From the NCBI GenBank assembly GCA_963920595.1, contig OY986946.1, positions 4,588,001-4,652,000 on the forward strand: a DNA stretch of 64,000 bases, written 5' to 3'. The notes beneath the pieces are model-generated. The model was not told the DNA's origin, did not search any database, and worked only from the letters and a program-made list of their open reading frames with translations. The DNA comes from Eimeria praecox (Eukaryota). This document shows positions 1-12,789 of this stretch, in pieces (positions within the stretch are counted from its first letter, which is position 1; each line of letters begins with the position of its first letter). The translations under genes were made by a program, and so were the position numbers.

Positions 1-1161
1 GATGCCGCTGCTGCTGCTGCTGATGCCGCTGCTGCTGCTGCTGAGGCCGCTGCTACTGCGGCTGAGGCCGCTGCTGCTGCTGCTGAGGCCGCTGCTGCTG
101 CTGCTGAGGCCGCTGCTGCTGCTGCTGATGGTGCCATACATGGGTGAGAGGCTGGGAGTGCCGCTAGTAGCGGTGGCAGGGTACACCCTGGTGCCGCTAC
201 TAGGTGCACTGGGGTAGCCGGTGCGGCTAGAGGGGGAGGCGCTACTCATGAAGGCTCTGCCTCCCCCCATAACAGAGCTGCTGTAGGCTCCGCCTGTAGT
301 AGTAGTAGCCCCTCCAACAGTGTAAGGCTGGCCAGTCTGCGTGAAAGCCCCGCTGCTGCTGTACGTGGTCTGACCGCTGCTCGTGCTTATATAAGGAGTG
401 CTACTAGAACTCATGTAGGGGCTGCTGCTGCTGCTGCTGCCCACACGAGAGCCCCCAGAATACGATGATGCATAGGTGGGGCTGCCTATGCTGCTTGTAC
501 TGTATGTACTGCCACTGCTTCCTGTGTATGGGCTTCCTGTGCTTCCGGTGTATACGCTTCCGGTGTATGGTGTGCCTCCACTGTATGTAGTTCCAATGTA
601 TGAAGTGCCAGTACTTCCGGTGTACGTACCTCCGCTGTATGAAGTACCTGTGCTTCCGCTGCTATAGTATGTCGTGCCGCTGCTGGTGGAGGATGAGGGG
701 TAAGTAATACCTCCGGTGCTGTATGTAGGCATGGCGCGATTGTATGTAGTGGAGCTGCTGTATGAGGGTGTATACGAAGTGCTGCTGCTGCTGCTGCTGC
801 CGCGCATAGTATATGTGGGGGAACTGAAAGATGTAGACCCCGTGCTGGTGTAGCTAGTTGTATATCCACTCGAATATCCACGAGTGCTCATCCCCCCTCG
901 AGAACGCCAAGCCTGAAGGTGTCTAGGCGGCGCACCGTGCGAGGGAGTTTCTGGCTTCAACGCTGCGGCAGATGTGTCGAAGGTGCTTTCATCTTCATCA
1001 CATTGCTCGCCAGTGGGAGCCAATAGCGGGTCTCTAGAGACTTCTTCTGATAGGGATATTGCTGCTGCTGCTGCTGCTGCTCCTGCTGCTCGGGCTGCTG
1101 TTGCTGCTGTTGCAGCGAAAGGGGAAACGAGAGCAATGAGGCAGAAGATGAGAGATTTCAT
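1..1161 (-). CDS. Secreted Tyr/Ser/Gly/Thr-rich low-complexity protein, 3'-partial (candidate oocyst-wall/gametocyte-type protein)
   Basis: ATG at 1161-1159; frame checked codon by codon and open to base 1 (387 codons). MKSLIFCLIALVSPFAATAA (signal-peptide-like), acidic segment, then APPRHLQAW, then GYSSGYTTSYTSTG...YSGGTYTGSTGTSY... and GLSSSSS repeats. Not in the ORF track, presumably because the stop lies outside the window. Confidence 0.85.
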   Translation of the reverse strand, partial: MKSLIFCLIALVSPFAATAATAARAAGAAAAAAAISLSEEVSRDPLLAPTGEQCDEDESTFDTSAAALKPETPSHGAPPRHLQAWRSRGGMSTRGYSSGYTTSYTSTGSTSFSSPTYTMRGSSSSSSTSYTPSYSSSTTYNRAMPTYSTGGITYPSSSTSSGTTYYSSGSTGTSYSGGTYTGSTGTSYIGTTYSGGTPYTGSVYTGSTGSPYTGSSGSTYSTSSIGSPTYASSYSGGSRVGSSSSSSPYMSSSSTPYISTSSGQTTYSSSGAFTQTGQPYTVGGATTTTGGAYSSSVMGGGRAFMSSASPSSRTGYPSAPSSGTRVYPATATSGTPSLSPMYGTISSSSSGLSSSSSGLSSSSSGLSRSSSGLSSSSSGISSSSSGI

Positions 1162-2430
1162 TGGGGGCAGACGGGCTTGCAGCCAACACAAGAAATATGC
1201 AGACTTGAGGAAGAAACAGTAGCAATAACCCTGAAAACAACAGACGACTTCAGCTCTCAGCTTGTTGACGGAATCTGAATACGAATGTTGTTGAACGTAA
1301 CAGTTTCAAGTAGATTGGTCTTAGCTATAGAAGGATCGCAAGATTTAATAGCGGTTTTTAATATAAATTGTTGTCTAATAATAACAAACAATGTTAGATT
1401 ATTATCAAACTGCAGCAGCACGCACACACTCCTGACGGAGAGCGCCGCGCTGCCGACTGACACACAACAACAACAACAACAATCTGTGTGCTGCGCTTTC
1501 AGACAGCAACTCACAGAAACACCAATCATCATTTGAATTAATTTTTAGATATTTCTCATATTTTCCCTCAATTACACTTCTTTCTCAGCAATTTCGCTTC
1601 AAACATTTCCCAGCATACGGTCTGCCTTCCCCCAGGGTCACCTCTCAATGGGGGCTTCTAGAGCCATATAAAAGGATAAGAGCTGTAACCATTGCTTTTT
1701 TAAAGCTCTCTCATCGAAAATATATAATAAAATACAAGGATTCCAGGCATTTTGTGCTCAAGTGCCTGCGAAACATAACAGACAGACAGACACCCCCGAG
1801 AAACTACCTCATCGCAATGGCAGTGCCTCCTAGATCCACCCTACTCGTACACCTAACAAACATGATTTTGGATCCGATATACCCCCACTAATTATCTGTA
1901 ACCTGTCGCAATAGAGACAACTGCGGCTTGATTGGCTTCGCTGCTAGAGAGTAAACCCCAAGTGCCACACGTGCAATCCGCATGCGCCCCCTCCCCATTG
2001 GGTGTTGCTGCAGATCGCCGAAAAGCCTCAACCAACATGAAATGGGGCCGTGTAGCTTTAACATGGGCCATATAGCCTTTAAGATGCATGCAAACGTTGC
2101 AGGAGAAGAACGGCTGTGACAGGCAGAGAGCTGCCAGCTCTCAGTGCCGTTCCCTCTACGTTAGTGCGTTCTAAGGACTTCTCCTGATCTAGTGAGAAGG
2201 AAATAAGTGAATCCAGATGAGGATGCAGTAAACTGTCCCTTGAATGTCGTCTTTGTGGTAAATTTCTCCTGAGAATACCGCTAGTAGTTCATCGCAAGCC
2301 CTCTCCTTGCAAGTAACCTCCAAAAAATACTAAGACAGGCAGCGCTTGAGGACATAGTACCGTACCGTCCGACTCTGCAAATACGACAAAGATAGAATTG
2401 CAAAGAATAAAAAAAAGGATAAGCAACAGA

Positions 2431-5400
2431 ATGGATTGGCGAGGAGTCAAACGTACTCCTGTAGAGGAGGCATCTTCTCTTGCAGAAGGTGAGTGTGAGG
2501 CTTGATGGCCTCAGAGGGTTTCATACATTTACAGAATATATTTTCTTCGCCTCTTTCCCCTTCAGCTTATACAGGCATCACACAGCGTCTAAGCAAGTAA
2601 TAAATAGAAAACCAAATTCAGTTTAGTGCCTTCGCGTACACCCCAACCAAGCAAAAGGAGTGAACATAGCTGAGGCCACCGAAATTTTTGCAAACAAACG
2701 GGGGAAACCTGGCATTCCTGCGACGCCTTCACCACATACGTCAACGTTTTTGATGGTTGGAGTGTGCGTACACCAGAAAAGGCACATTTTAGTATACATT
2801 CGCGGGCCAAGCTTCACGTGCAGCTTCGTTAAGCCCACCAACGTTCCCGTACAAACCCGCGAGAGGCTGCAGAAGTGCTGTATTGATATGTGATCAGATG
2901 ATTCTTCTTATCGAAGGGGCGCTGCAACTGAGAAGCCACCTGCATCTGACTCCGCAAATGAACAGCAGAAGACAGAAGCTTTCGCTGCTTCTTCGGAGCT
3001 TAAAGAAACAGAGGCAGACAGCACTTCTCCCTCTTCCTCTAGCTTTACAGAAAGACCCCACCAACGCTATTTCCCCGCAAACAATCCGTGGCTGCTGCAA
3101 GCAGCTGAGATGGTCTTCGCATCTTCCTCCGTCTCCCCTGATGTGCTGACGGAGGAGCCTATAGGAGAGCGGAGGCCCCTTCTTCTGGCAGCTCTAGCAG
3201 AGGCAATTGAGGTTGAACGAGCTGTACAGCAAGCTGCGGAGGATCTCAAACTTGTTGAAGTAAATGAAGCCATCTACGACTGTCAGAAGACGCTACAAAA
3301 CAAACTAGATGAGGCCTTTGACTTGGTTCGATTGCTGCTCGCCCGAGGAGCATCTGTATCTGTGCCGTCTGAGAAGGGGGTCTTCCCTCTTGAATATGCA
3401 ATTAAGAAACACAGTCTGAGGGTAAGCATTGTGATTCGGCTGGCCGCCTCAAGGGCTCCTCATCTTTGTTAGATTAAATTAAAGTTAATCTAGAAAATAT
3501 AATTGTAGGGGTTATTTAGAAGGACGAAAACACAGAGGGAATGGAGCCACGTATGCAGGCCCGGTGACCCCGGCCTGCCTTTATATTTTATTATATAATA
3601 CTTTATTATATTTAGTGTTAATATTACACTATAAGCTGAGCACATCTTTATTAAAACTTTGGCGTTCACTCAACGGAAGAGAAACATAGAAATTTCGCTG
3701 CTTCTCAAACTTCGTTGCTTGCTGTACTCGAGTTGTGTGATTGTTGTAATATGTCTATCTTTCGCTTGTGGCGCATCTTCAAGCAGCACAGCAGAAAGAA
3801 AGCGAGTGTGAAGCCCCTTATTAGAGCCCACATAATACACACTGCCTTCTTGAGGGTTTGTATAGCGAGAAAGACTTTCTTGCTGCCATATTATATCGCT
3901 GTACAGAGGCAGAGGCAGCGAGAGCTGGTTGCTGTGTTGATTGCTTGAAGAGCCTGCTAAGGAGCGAGTGCGGCGTTTTCCTCAGGCAGCGGCTCTGTTG
4001 TTAGGTACACCACAGAGCAGCAACAAAAGATGTAAAGGGAGCTTTCCCCTACCCGACTGTCTGACTCCTCTCCATGTAGCCTCAGCTGCAAACGATCTCG
4101 CCTTGGCCTCCTTGCTACTGAGGGAGGACCCCTCGACGGCACTGCCGGCTAGCGCGCGGTGCCAGGCCTGTCTAGGCAATGCAGCAATAGCCGTTGCATG
4201 CATTCCTCCAGCCCCAAAAGGACTCCAGCCGCCCCCCCGTGTGTCTGTGAATCTTCCTCTTTGCCGTACGTGTTTAGTCAAGGCGCGAGATGCACGCAGT
4301 TGCACCGCAGCCTTCTACTGCGGAAGCTGCAGCATGCTGAGGCTGCTGTTAGACAGCGGCGCTCCTCTGGAGTCCCGAAGCAGCACTGGAGACACTCTCC
4401 TTCATGCACTTGTCTATAACGCGCGGCGCTTTGTAGACCCCGAGCCAACCAGTAGCCTACAAGAAGAGGGAGACGATGAAGGGGCTGGAGGCGCAGAATG
4501 GGGCCCCTCACGGCTCCCTTGCAGGTGTAAAGACTGCCAAGGCGCACAAGGAAACCCAAGGGGCTCTGCTGTGTGTCGTATATTGCTGCTGCTTGAGCGG
4601 GTTGCCTCGCATGCATCAGCAAACGCCAACTCAAGGGAGTCGAGACCCTCAAAAACAATGACAGACTTCATCAACACACGCAACCATGCAGGGTGGACAG
4701 CGTTGCATCTGGCAGCTTCCAGGGGATACTCAGACGTATGCAAGGTGGGGGCAAGCCCCCTCTCCGTTGTGCCACTCGTAGACTCTTTCGTATTATATTA
4801 CATCTATCTATTTTGTTTTTCACTGGGGTATATTAAATCTGCCTGTTTAAGTTAGATCGGCGCTTTACTGCAGCTAAATAACATCTACGTGTCACATTCG
4901 TGTACTGCCTTTGGGGGTTGCTTCTGTAAAAGCAAAGAACACTTCAGTGTGAGGGGCATATTCAGGTGTTGTTGGACTACGGCGCAAACGCCAGCCTCCC
5001 TACAAAGAAGCGCCGCCTGCGGGCGGAGACCCTCGCTCTGATGAATAAACACTACTCCACAGCCAGGTATGCTTGTAGGGGGGGACATACATATATACCT
5101 TGCAACCTGCAGCTATTAAAATGCTGTCTGTACACTGCTGCTGGGCTCGCGGGCCTGCAGGCCAAGCCTCTACGCTGGAGCCTTGCTACCGGAAGACAGT
5201 CTAATCGTTGTAGGTCGCCCCACTGCAGCACAACAATCGTGTTTGGGTTGGTGTGTCCCCTCAGGATGCTGCGTGAAAGTGTGGAAAGACCGAGATTAAC
5301 CTCTCCTGCTAAAGCAGCTCGGGAGGTGTATATTCGTCTTAAAGAAAGTGCCCAGAACCACCCACTCTTGGCGGTGTTAGGGGTTTGCTGGGCTGGTCTT

Positions 5401-5475
5401 TTGTGTTTGCACTGGCAGGGAGTCCTTGCAGCCCTGCAAGTTTACTTCCCCAGTATTTTCGGGCAACTGCTTTAG
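2431..5475 (+). CDS. Ankyrin-repeat protein with C-terminal hydrophobic segment (5 exons)
   Basis: Phase-consistent exons 2431-2488, 2898-3421, 3986-4744, 4966-5066, 5265-5475 with GT-AG borders. Ankyrin motifs GVFPLEYAIKKHSLRAAALLL, LTPLHVASAANDLALASLLL, GDTLLHAL, GWTALHLAASRGYSDVCKVLLDYGANA. Tail LLAVLGVCWAGLLCLHWQGVLAAL. Confidence 0.85.
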
Positions 5476-5723
5476 CTTCAAACCTGAGACTAATGAAGAG
5501 CACCTTGTTCCTGTAGCCCCCCCACAACTACACAAACTCCCCCCACCCCTCCCATCTGTGCTGCAGCTACAAGAGCACAAAGGCCACGTTGTAGGCTCGC
5601 GCCCCTGTGGCAAACAGGAGGCGACGCTGCAGCTATCTGTCCTTGAGCTAATAAGAAGGCGCTGAAGTACTTTGACTTCTCGCCCGGCTCGGCTCTTTCT
5701 ATGAACGATGTGTATGAAGCGTT

Positions 5724-7231
5724 CTACTCTGTTGTTTGCTCTCCCTTCACTTGCCCACAGAAGCCGCCGTCTGTGCGCGTTTGGGACTCTGCCTCCTGAT
5801 GAGGAAGGGACCTCCCACCAACTTGCTGTGTTTCATCCGACACTGCAGGGCCAGGTGTTTGTCTGGTGCCTTTCTTTCGGAGGATGAAAGGCGGGACAAC
5901 TGCATTATGTGTAAACCGTTCCGGTGCTCGGCTTAGCCTGTTCTGCTGCTGCTGCAAAGCGCCCTCTAAGTGCCTAGATACAGACATGCCCTCACCGCTT
6001 GATGGAGAGGGCTGGCCTCCAGCTGTCTGTGATTGCTGCTGAAACCCACGTTGGGAGGAAGATGTTCCCCCGTTCCCAGGATCGCGCAGTAGAGATTCTA
6101 GCATCAGCTGGTGCTGCCGCCTCTGGTCAAGACACACGACCACCCGGGCCGGGGGAATCGAGAGGAGGTCTCGGGCCCCGCTCCTGCTGTCTGGGTTGGC
6201 TGCAGGGCTGTTAGGCGTCCAGGCACAATCTGGTCCAGTTCGTCCCTCTTGTCTCGGTGTGTCTGCATGTTGAGATGTGTCCATGAAAGCCCCTGATGTG
6301 CTCCTGCTATCTTGTGGCAGTCCATCACCGCTGGGCTCACACAACACTGCATCCTGTGAGCTTGAAGAAGCGTACCGCTGCCCAGGCAGCAGCAGTCGGG
6401 GGTCGGGTGGGGCAGGGAGTTCTTCAGGATCGAAGTCACAGCTAAACACTAACACCACAACGCACCCGCAGGCAAAAGAGCTGCTATGAGGCCTTTCGAA
6501 CGAATATGCTCGTCCCCCGATTATACTGATATTCCTCAGAGGATACTAGTTAAATATCCGACGTCATGTTTGAAAGAAACGGATGAGCCTACCTCGCACA
6601 TAGAGCAGCTCTACTGCATCTTCAGCCACTTGAATTAAGCTGTTGCGTCTGGCTGTTGACGGCATCCCTCCTGCACACCCATAGGCCAAGCTACCAACCA
6701 GATAAATGGCGGGAATCGAACCCGTTCGACACAGCTCATCCACAATTCTGCGTTGTGATCAAATTGAGCAAACCTAGTGTAATCAGCGGTTGAACGGTGC
6801 AGCTTGTTAACTGTTTAGATACGCGAAAATAAGTGCGGTTTCCTAAGGAAGCATGCCTCATAGACAGTGTCGCTCTACCCAATATATGCAAGACAAAGCA
6901 GTGGTGTGTGGGCTAAGCACAAAGGCGGGAACGCCCTTACTGATGCTGCATATCTTGAAGAAATCCGGCATTCTGGGGACAGTCAACGGTTCAACGGGTT
7001 CCCCATTGATGAAGGGGAAGACGCGCATGGCTGGCAGCTGTCTCTGCCCTTCTCTGCTGCTACCCACTGGCATTTCCTTTTGGCATTTCAAAGTGACCCT
7101 GCGGTGCAGCAACAGCCCTTCACCAAGCCCCAGCTGATGTCTTTTCTAGCCCAGCCAAGGGGCCTCAGAGGAGGCCTACCACCTTACCAGTGGATATTCA
7201 CACACTTTAACTAAAATATCAGGCTAAATTA

Positions 7232-7289
<58 letters not shown>

Positions 7290-7917
7290 CTTACCGAACG
7301 AATGGAGCCTCCCTGCGGAAACCACCCACAGAAGAACACACAGGGAACGGGTGTACAGCATCTTCTGCAAAGCAAGGGCTACGAAACACTACACGCGAAA
7401 ACACCCAGGAAGGCGATTACGCCTGCCAGACATACTTTGCTGGAGCTGTCTCGCTAACGTCTCGTCTGAAAAACGAGAAGAACTGCTCAACAGGGGGTAA
7501 AGGAGCATCCCCAACACCATGAGGAGCAGAGCTAGGAGGCCCCGTTCCAATTCCTAAGTCTACGCGCTCCACTCTGTCCACGTTCCCACGCGATACAATC
7601 CAGTAACGTGCACCCAGCAGCAGTGCACATCGGTGGGGGGCATCCTAAGAAGAGGATGCACACCATACAACACACCAACTGGCTCGCCTCAGCGCCTTCC
7701 TGCAGCCTCAGCCGCAGCCAGCCATAGGTTCGTGCCAAAGCAAAAGAGGCAGCAGCGTTTGCGATACTTCCTCGGTACAGTGTGTATCGAGGAAGTAGCT
7801 GCTGCAGCACTCTCTGCTGCAGCAGCCGCTGTTGAAGGACTCTCTGCTGCAGATCTTGGTCATGAAGGATGTTCTGCTGCTGCAGCAAGTCCTGCTGCGG
7901 AGATGTGTTCTCAGAAA

Positions 7918-7950
<33 letters not shown>

Positions 7951-9998
7951 ACTTCTTGCAAAATGTGTAAACAAGCCAACACCCACCCGTCCGTGTTCAA
8001 ACCTCCTGCGCTGAACGCATAGAGCACATGTCAACAGTCCCACCTCGCCTTGATACGGCCCTCCCTAACTACGGCCCTCCCTAACTAGAAAGTCTAAGCC
8101 ACCACTACTGCAACCCCAATTTGTTTTTGAGGACAAGTGTTTAACAGTACCGCAGCACAAAGCACTCGCACTCTCTGTCTGCATAGGTGCAGCATGCATT
8201 ACCGGGTTGCCTCCAAAAGCTCTGGGGGATCCTCCGCAGCCTTCTTCTTTCACTCGTGTGCAAATAAGTGGGTCATAGATAGAAGTTAGCTGCTGGTGGG
8301 ATTGCGCGTGAGGCCCATACCCCCTGTTGCCGCCGGTGGAGTGGAGTGGCACCATTCGAAAACCATAGCTGCTGAGCACAGGCAGCCTGAGGACAACGTC
8401 GAGAGTGAAGTGATCCGTCCTCCCCGCAGGTAGAAATCCAGTAAGACCTGCAACCGCCAACACAAAACACAACCCACACAAACAGCCCCAAGTCTTCAGC
8501 AGCTCTTATTGCCCCCATATCGGGGTAGATCCAGACCTTTCCTTGAACAGCTACATACGCAGAAGAGTATTCATGAGGCAGCAAATAATAATAATACTAA
8601 TTCAAATCATAAAATCGTTGAGGACAGCCACCTTCCGCTGCAGGTGCTAAGGAAGAACGCGCACAATGCAGTCCAGAATACATTATGCATATACGGCTGA
8701 TCCAGGCAAAGCTGAGGGGCACGAAAACAGTTAAGGACTCTGTCTACCGTCTCCGTACATCCGCTTTGGTTGACGTCAATTGGCGGTTCGAAGATGAAGG
8801 GCGTTGGAGGCAGAAGAAACCGACACACTGTATCCCCAGGCCCTCCACTGTTTGCTGCAGCGTTTGCAAGCAAAGCACCACCGTTAACACCCTCAGACGT
8901 ATGAAATCGAATACCCATAAAACTAAACGTTTCCAGGTGTCTGTACACTTCGGCGCATGCATTGATGTGTTCCCAAACACTGTAGTGCTTCGCCAAGCTC
9001 ACCGTCCCTCACTTCCTTAGGAATACGCGGGAAATCGCCACGCTGCAAAACAGTATGTGCTGAGCGGCTGTCGCAGTACAGCTGCAACAGTGGCTGCAAG
9101 CCAGCATCCAAGCAAAATAATATCCCTATATAAACCCCTATACCCACGCTCTAAACCCTAAACCCTAGACGTTCGTTAACATTACAGCACCTGCTGTAAA
9201 GTTAAGCTGGCGGTGGCCACTCACAGTGGGATGGGCTCCAGGGTCTTGTTCTGTAGTTGGCTACGAAGCAAACAAACAAAAAGGAGCGAAGACGAACACG
9301 ATCAGCCTGATGCTAGCAGCCCATGCTGCACCTGTAATAATTTGAAAAGATGCACTATGCAGCATAGCCACGCATCCTTACTGAGCTTGCTGCAGCACGA
9401 CAGCCCCCCAGTTCACCCTTAACCCTTTGCACAGGAACAGGTGCCTCCATTTCTGTTCCTGTACACCCCTGCGGGAGCATTTGTTGCGCCTCCTGTGGCG
9501 TTCGTTGTGGCAGTAGCTCTTGCATCAGCTGAGCGTGAAGCTGCTGGACAGGTGGCTGCTGCTGATCGGGGGTCCTGCCGGCCTGCTGCTCCAAAAGCAC
9601 CACACAACACTACCCCGCCGGCCCTCTTGAATACGCAGTCATATAACCATACACTGCATGTGTGTTGCTGGTTGGGCTAAACGTCTCAACGTATAAACGA
9701 ATCCGAAGCAGTGTTCCGCTGCTGCTACTGTTGTCGTTGCTCTCTTACCTGCAGGCGCTGTAGTTCCCCCTGAAGGTCATGCAGCTGCTGTCGAAGACAG
9801 TCTGCCTCCTGCTCAGAAGCCTCAAGCTTCTTCTTGGCCTCCGCTAGCTGCGCATTCGCCCTCTTTGTGGCTCTGAAGAGCAAATAACAGGCAGGGAAGA
9901 CGACGGACACCCTGTGCTTCTTCTGTTGCTATCTTTCGTTAAGTCCAGCGACAGGGGTCAATTCAAGCTAAAAGAAGCCTCACAAGCCCTTGGATGTG

Positions 9999-10063
<65 letters not shown>

Positions 10064-12255
10064 GAGAGAGAGAGATTACACGCTGACGAAGAAGGCTCAG
10101 GGCACGCATATTATATATGTAATATATACCGCTGCGAGCCAATCTCAACCACCCTCCGGAGCTGCGGCCAGTTGTCCATGGCCCACTCAAACAGGGGCTT
10201 CCCCAATAAGCGATCAGCTTCTTCTGTGTTAGTTATTTCCTGCATCAAGGCCTCAACGTCAGGCCGTTGAACTCCCTTCACGTCACGCTCCCAAGTGCTC
10301 GGCCGAACATCAGCGTACTGGGAAATGATAGAAAGTGTCCTATTCACTGCAGAAGGCATATTGCCCCCCTCCAGCCCTGCGGGTGTGCACAGACGAAACG
10401 AAAGCTATACATTGCTGCATGAACCCTTGAGCCTACCAGCTCAGCACAGCAGCCCCACACCCCAATGCCTAAACCGCCTTAGTCTTGATCGTGTGTCCTC
10501 TCAAGCATACTCCCCACCGCCTTGGCAGCATGAGTCCTAGGCGCGGTTCACCTTCATACAGAGAATCCTTAACACTTAACTGCACTGTGCTTATTATTAT
10601 GGGCAATTCTATTAGCTGTTCACTGCGCATGCATGCATATGTGTTTGGCGGATTCAAATAATCAAATAAAATTCAAAAATGCCCCCAACTTTTCTTATTC
10701 GTTCAACAGATCCATCATTGCCTACCGGCGAAATATTTGATCCGGGAGACGCAATCATCGAAGACCCCCACCTGCACCAGCAGCATAACAAACAGGAAGG
10801 GGCTGGCTGCTCTAACATAGCCTCCCCCTCGAATGCCAGGGAAACACATACTTCTTATGGAGACAAATATGCTGATATCAAGGTGCTAGCCATGTGCTCA
10901 CAGCTAATCCATATTCCTATTCCCAGCAGCTCGCCCGGGGCAGAAAAGCAGCAGGTGCATGACCTACCCGTGAACGGAAGGTGAAATAACGAAGGTAGTT
11001 AGGCCGCATCTCGCGATATCTGTCTCTCAAAGCCAGAGCCTTCTGCTCTCGTGTCATGTATCTCTCAACCTCCGGCGGATCGTGCATCGAGCGGTGGCTC
11101 GCTCGTAGCCGCTCGTCCTTAGACATCTCCACGCGCTCGTACTGCTCCAGGCGCATATATCGTGTGTCTATGAAATACGCCAACTGCTGCCCCCACGCAT
11201 TCAAGTGTAAAGACACCTGGTTCATCACGGCCTCTGACAGGCTGTAAATTTCCTTCCAAAACTCGCACTCCTCCTGCGTCTGCAGCAAAGAACGCATGCA
11301 TGCAACAGCAAAGGGCCTTTGTAGAGGCAGCAGCAGCTGCAGGGTTCAGCAGCGTTAGCAGCAACTGTAGGCCTGTGCGGAGTCAGAAGCAGCAGCAGCA
11401 GCAGCAGGCCTCTGCAATATATACACCATGTCCTTCTCGGTAAAACAGTGGTGGATCCAAGCGAATGCTGTGTCACGACAGCTCGCACCTCCATTTGTAA
11501 TTCTCTTTCACTGGGGGGGGTTCCGGTCTGTGCAGCCAGCAGGGCTGCCGCTGCTCGCCTGTCCCGCAGGGCCTCCACCTGCCGCAGCAGGAAACGCCTG
11601 CGAGCCAGATCACGCTCTAAGGCTGCAACGTCTACAGCCCTTCGCTGCTCTTCAATAGCAGCCAGCGCCTTGTGGGCCCCCTCTACCGCTCGAAAGAAAC
11701 GCGATATCCACATTGTCGGTGTTGTCTCAGATCTAAAGAACAGCCAGCACAGCAAAAGATAGCAAGGGGAGAGTGCAGTTAACAACTGTCCCTGCATCTC
11801 CCTGAAGATCAGCCAACACCTGTGACTGACATGCCTCGTGCGGCCCAACAGCCTGGGGGCGCCCTCCCCTGGAGGCCGCCCGACTGCTGCCCTTCTTCGC
11901 TACAACAAAATGAAATTCACACAGATGAGGAGCTGTCTGACTCCTTCAAAGGTAAGGGTGTTTATTCCCGTTGTAAGGATCGGGGTCACACGCCGTACTG
12001 GCTCTCAACTTCTTGTAGGCATTGATGAACTGCCTCAAGGAACTCCCCCAGCCAATTGTCTTTGTTGAGTGCAGCGGGGATGAGAGTGAAGCCTAAGCAA
12101 TTATTGAAGCAGACCGAGAAGAGGGCATGCAGCAGTAGGGGGAAATCACACATCAACAGCATCACCTGCTTCCGTCGCTCCTCTTCCGTCTCCCCCGTAA
12201 ATGACCACCGAAGGGCCCCCAGATCCATGATCCACCCTACCCAGCTGTGGCACAC
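5724..12255 (-). CDS. Large multi-exon hypothetical protein with coiled-coil segments (boundaries uncertain; could be joined to the upstream gene)
   Basis: Chain of non-repetitive minus-strand exons with AG/GT borders near 12255-12000, 11730-11490, 11280-10970, 10350-10130, 9870-9750, 9590-9380, 7890-7680, 7482-7405, 7098-6880 and 6443-5724. Coiled-coil-like text (AQLAEAKKKLEASEQEADCLRQQLHDLQGELQRLQ). No family motif recognised; several junction phases unresolved. Confidence 0.5.
9151..9167 (+). repeat. Short telomere-like (AAACCCT)n
   Basis: ctaaaccctaaacccta, 2 copies. Confidence 0.6.
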
Positions 12256-12428
12256 AGAAGCCGCTTCACAGAGGGACAGCCTGGCACTTGACCCCAGCGT
12301 GCATTTCTAGCAAGTTTAAATAATGACTGCCCTGTAGCTGCCGACACTGCAACCACAGGCAGCGGTATGTAGGCAGGCACTGGCACTGCGTATGTAAATG
12401 CAGCCGTATACACATAGGCGTATAGACC

Positions 12429-12500
<72 letters not shown>

Positions 12501-12789
12501 TACACATATATATATGCATGGGAGAACTCGAACGCCAAGCAGAGAGTTGCAACCCATTACAGAAGGCGAAGGGTCTAGCAAGAACTGATCTATACTGAGC
12601 TGGTGTGGGGCCCCTGCCTGTTGTTGTTGTTTACCCACATATACTCCACAAATCCTGTAGACGGATGCACGGTCCCCTACTGCTAAAGGTGTTGTATCTC
12701 TACGCTTCCTGACTCATCTGTCCTCTGTGTGCATAACACGCAAGACTTGTGTTCCTGCTGCCGTTCAAGGCCCACTGCGACACCATGGC

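Noticed and set aside
6708..6726. Second B-box/T-arm-like sequence (CGGGTTCGATTCCCG on minus), sharing 14 nt with 54331-54344
   Set aside because: No surrounding tRNA-like stems or long T-run, and it lies inside a predicted gene; a chance match cannot be excluded.
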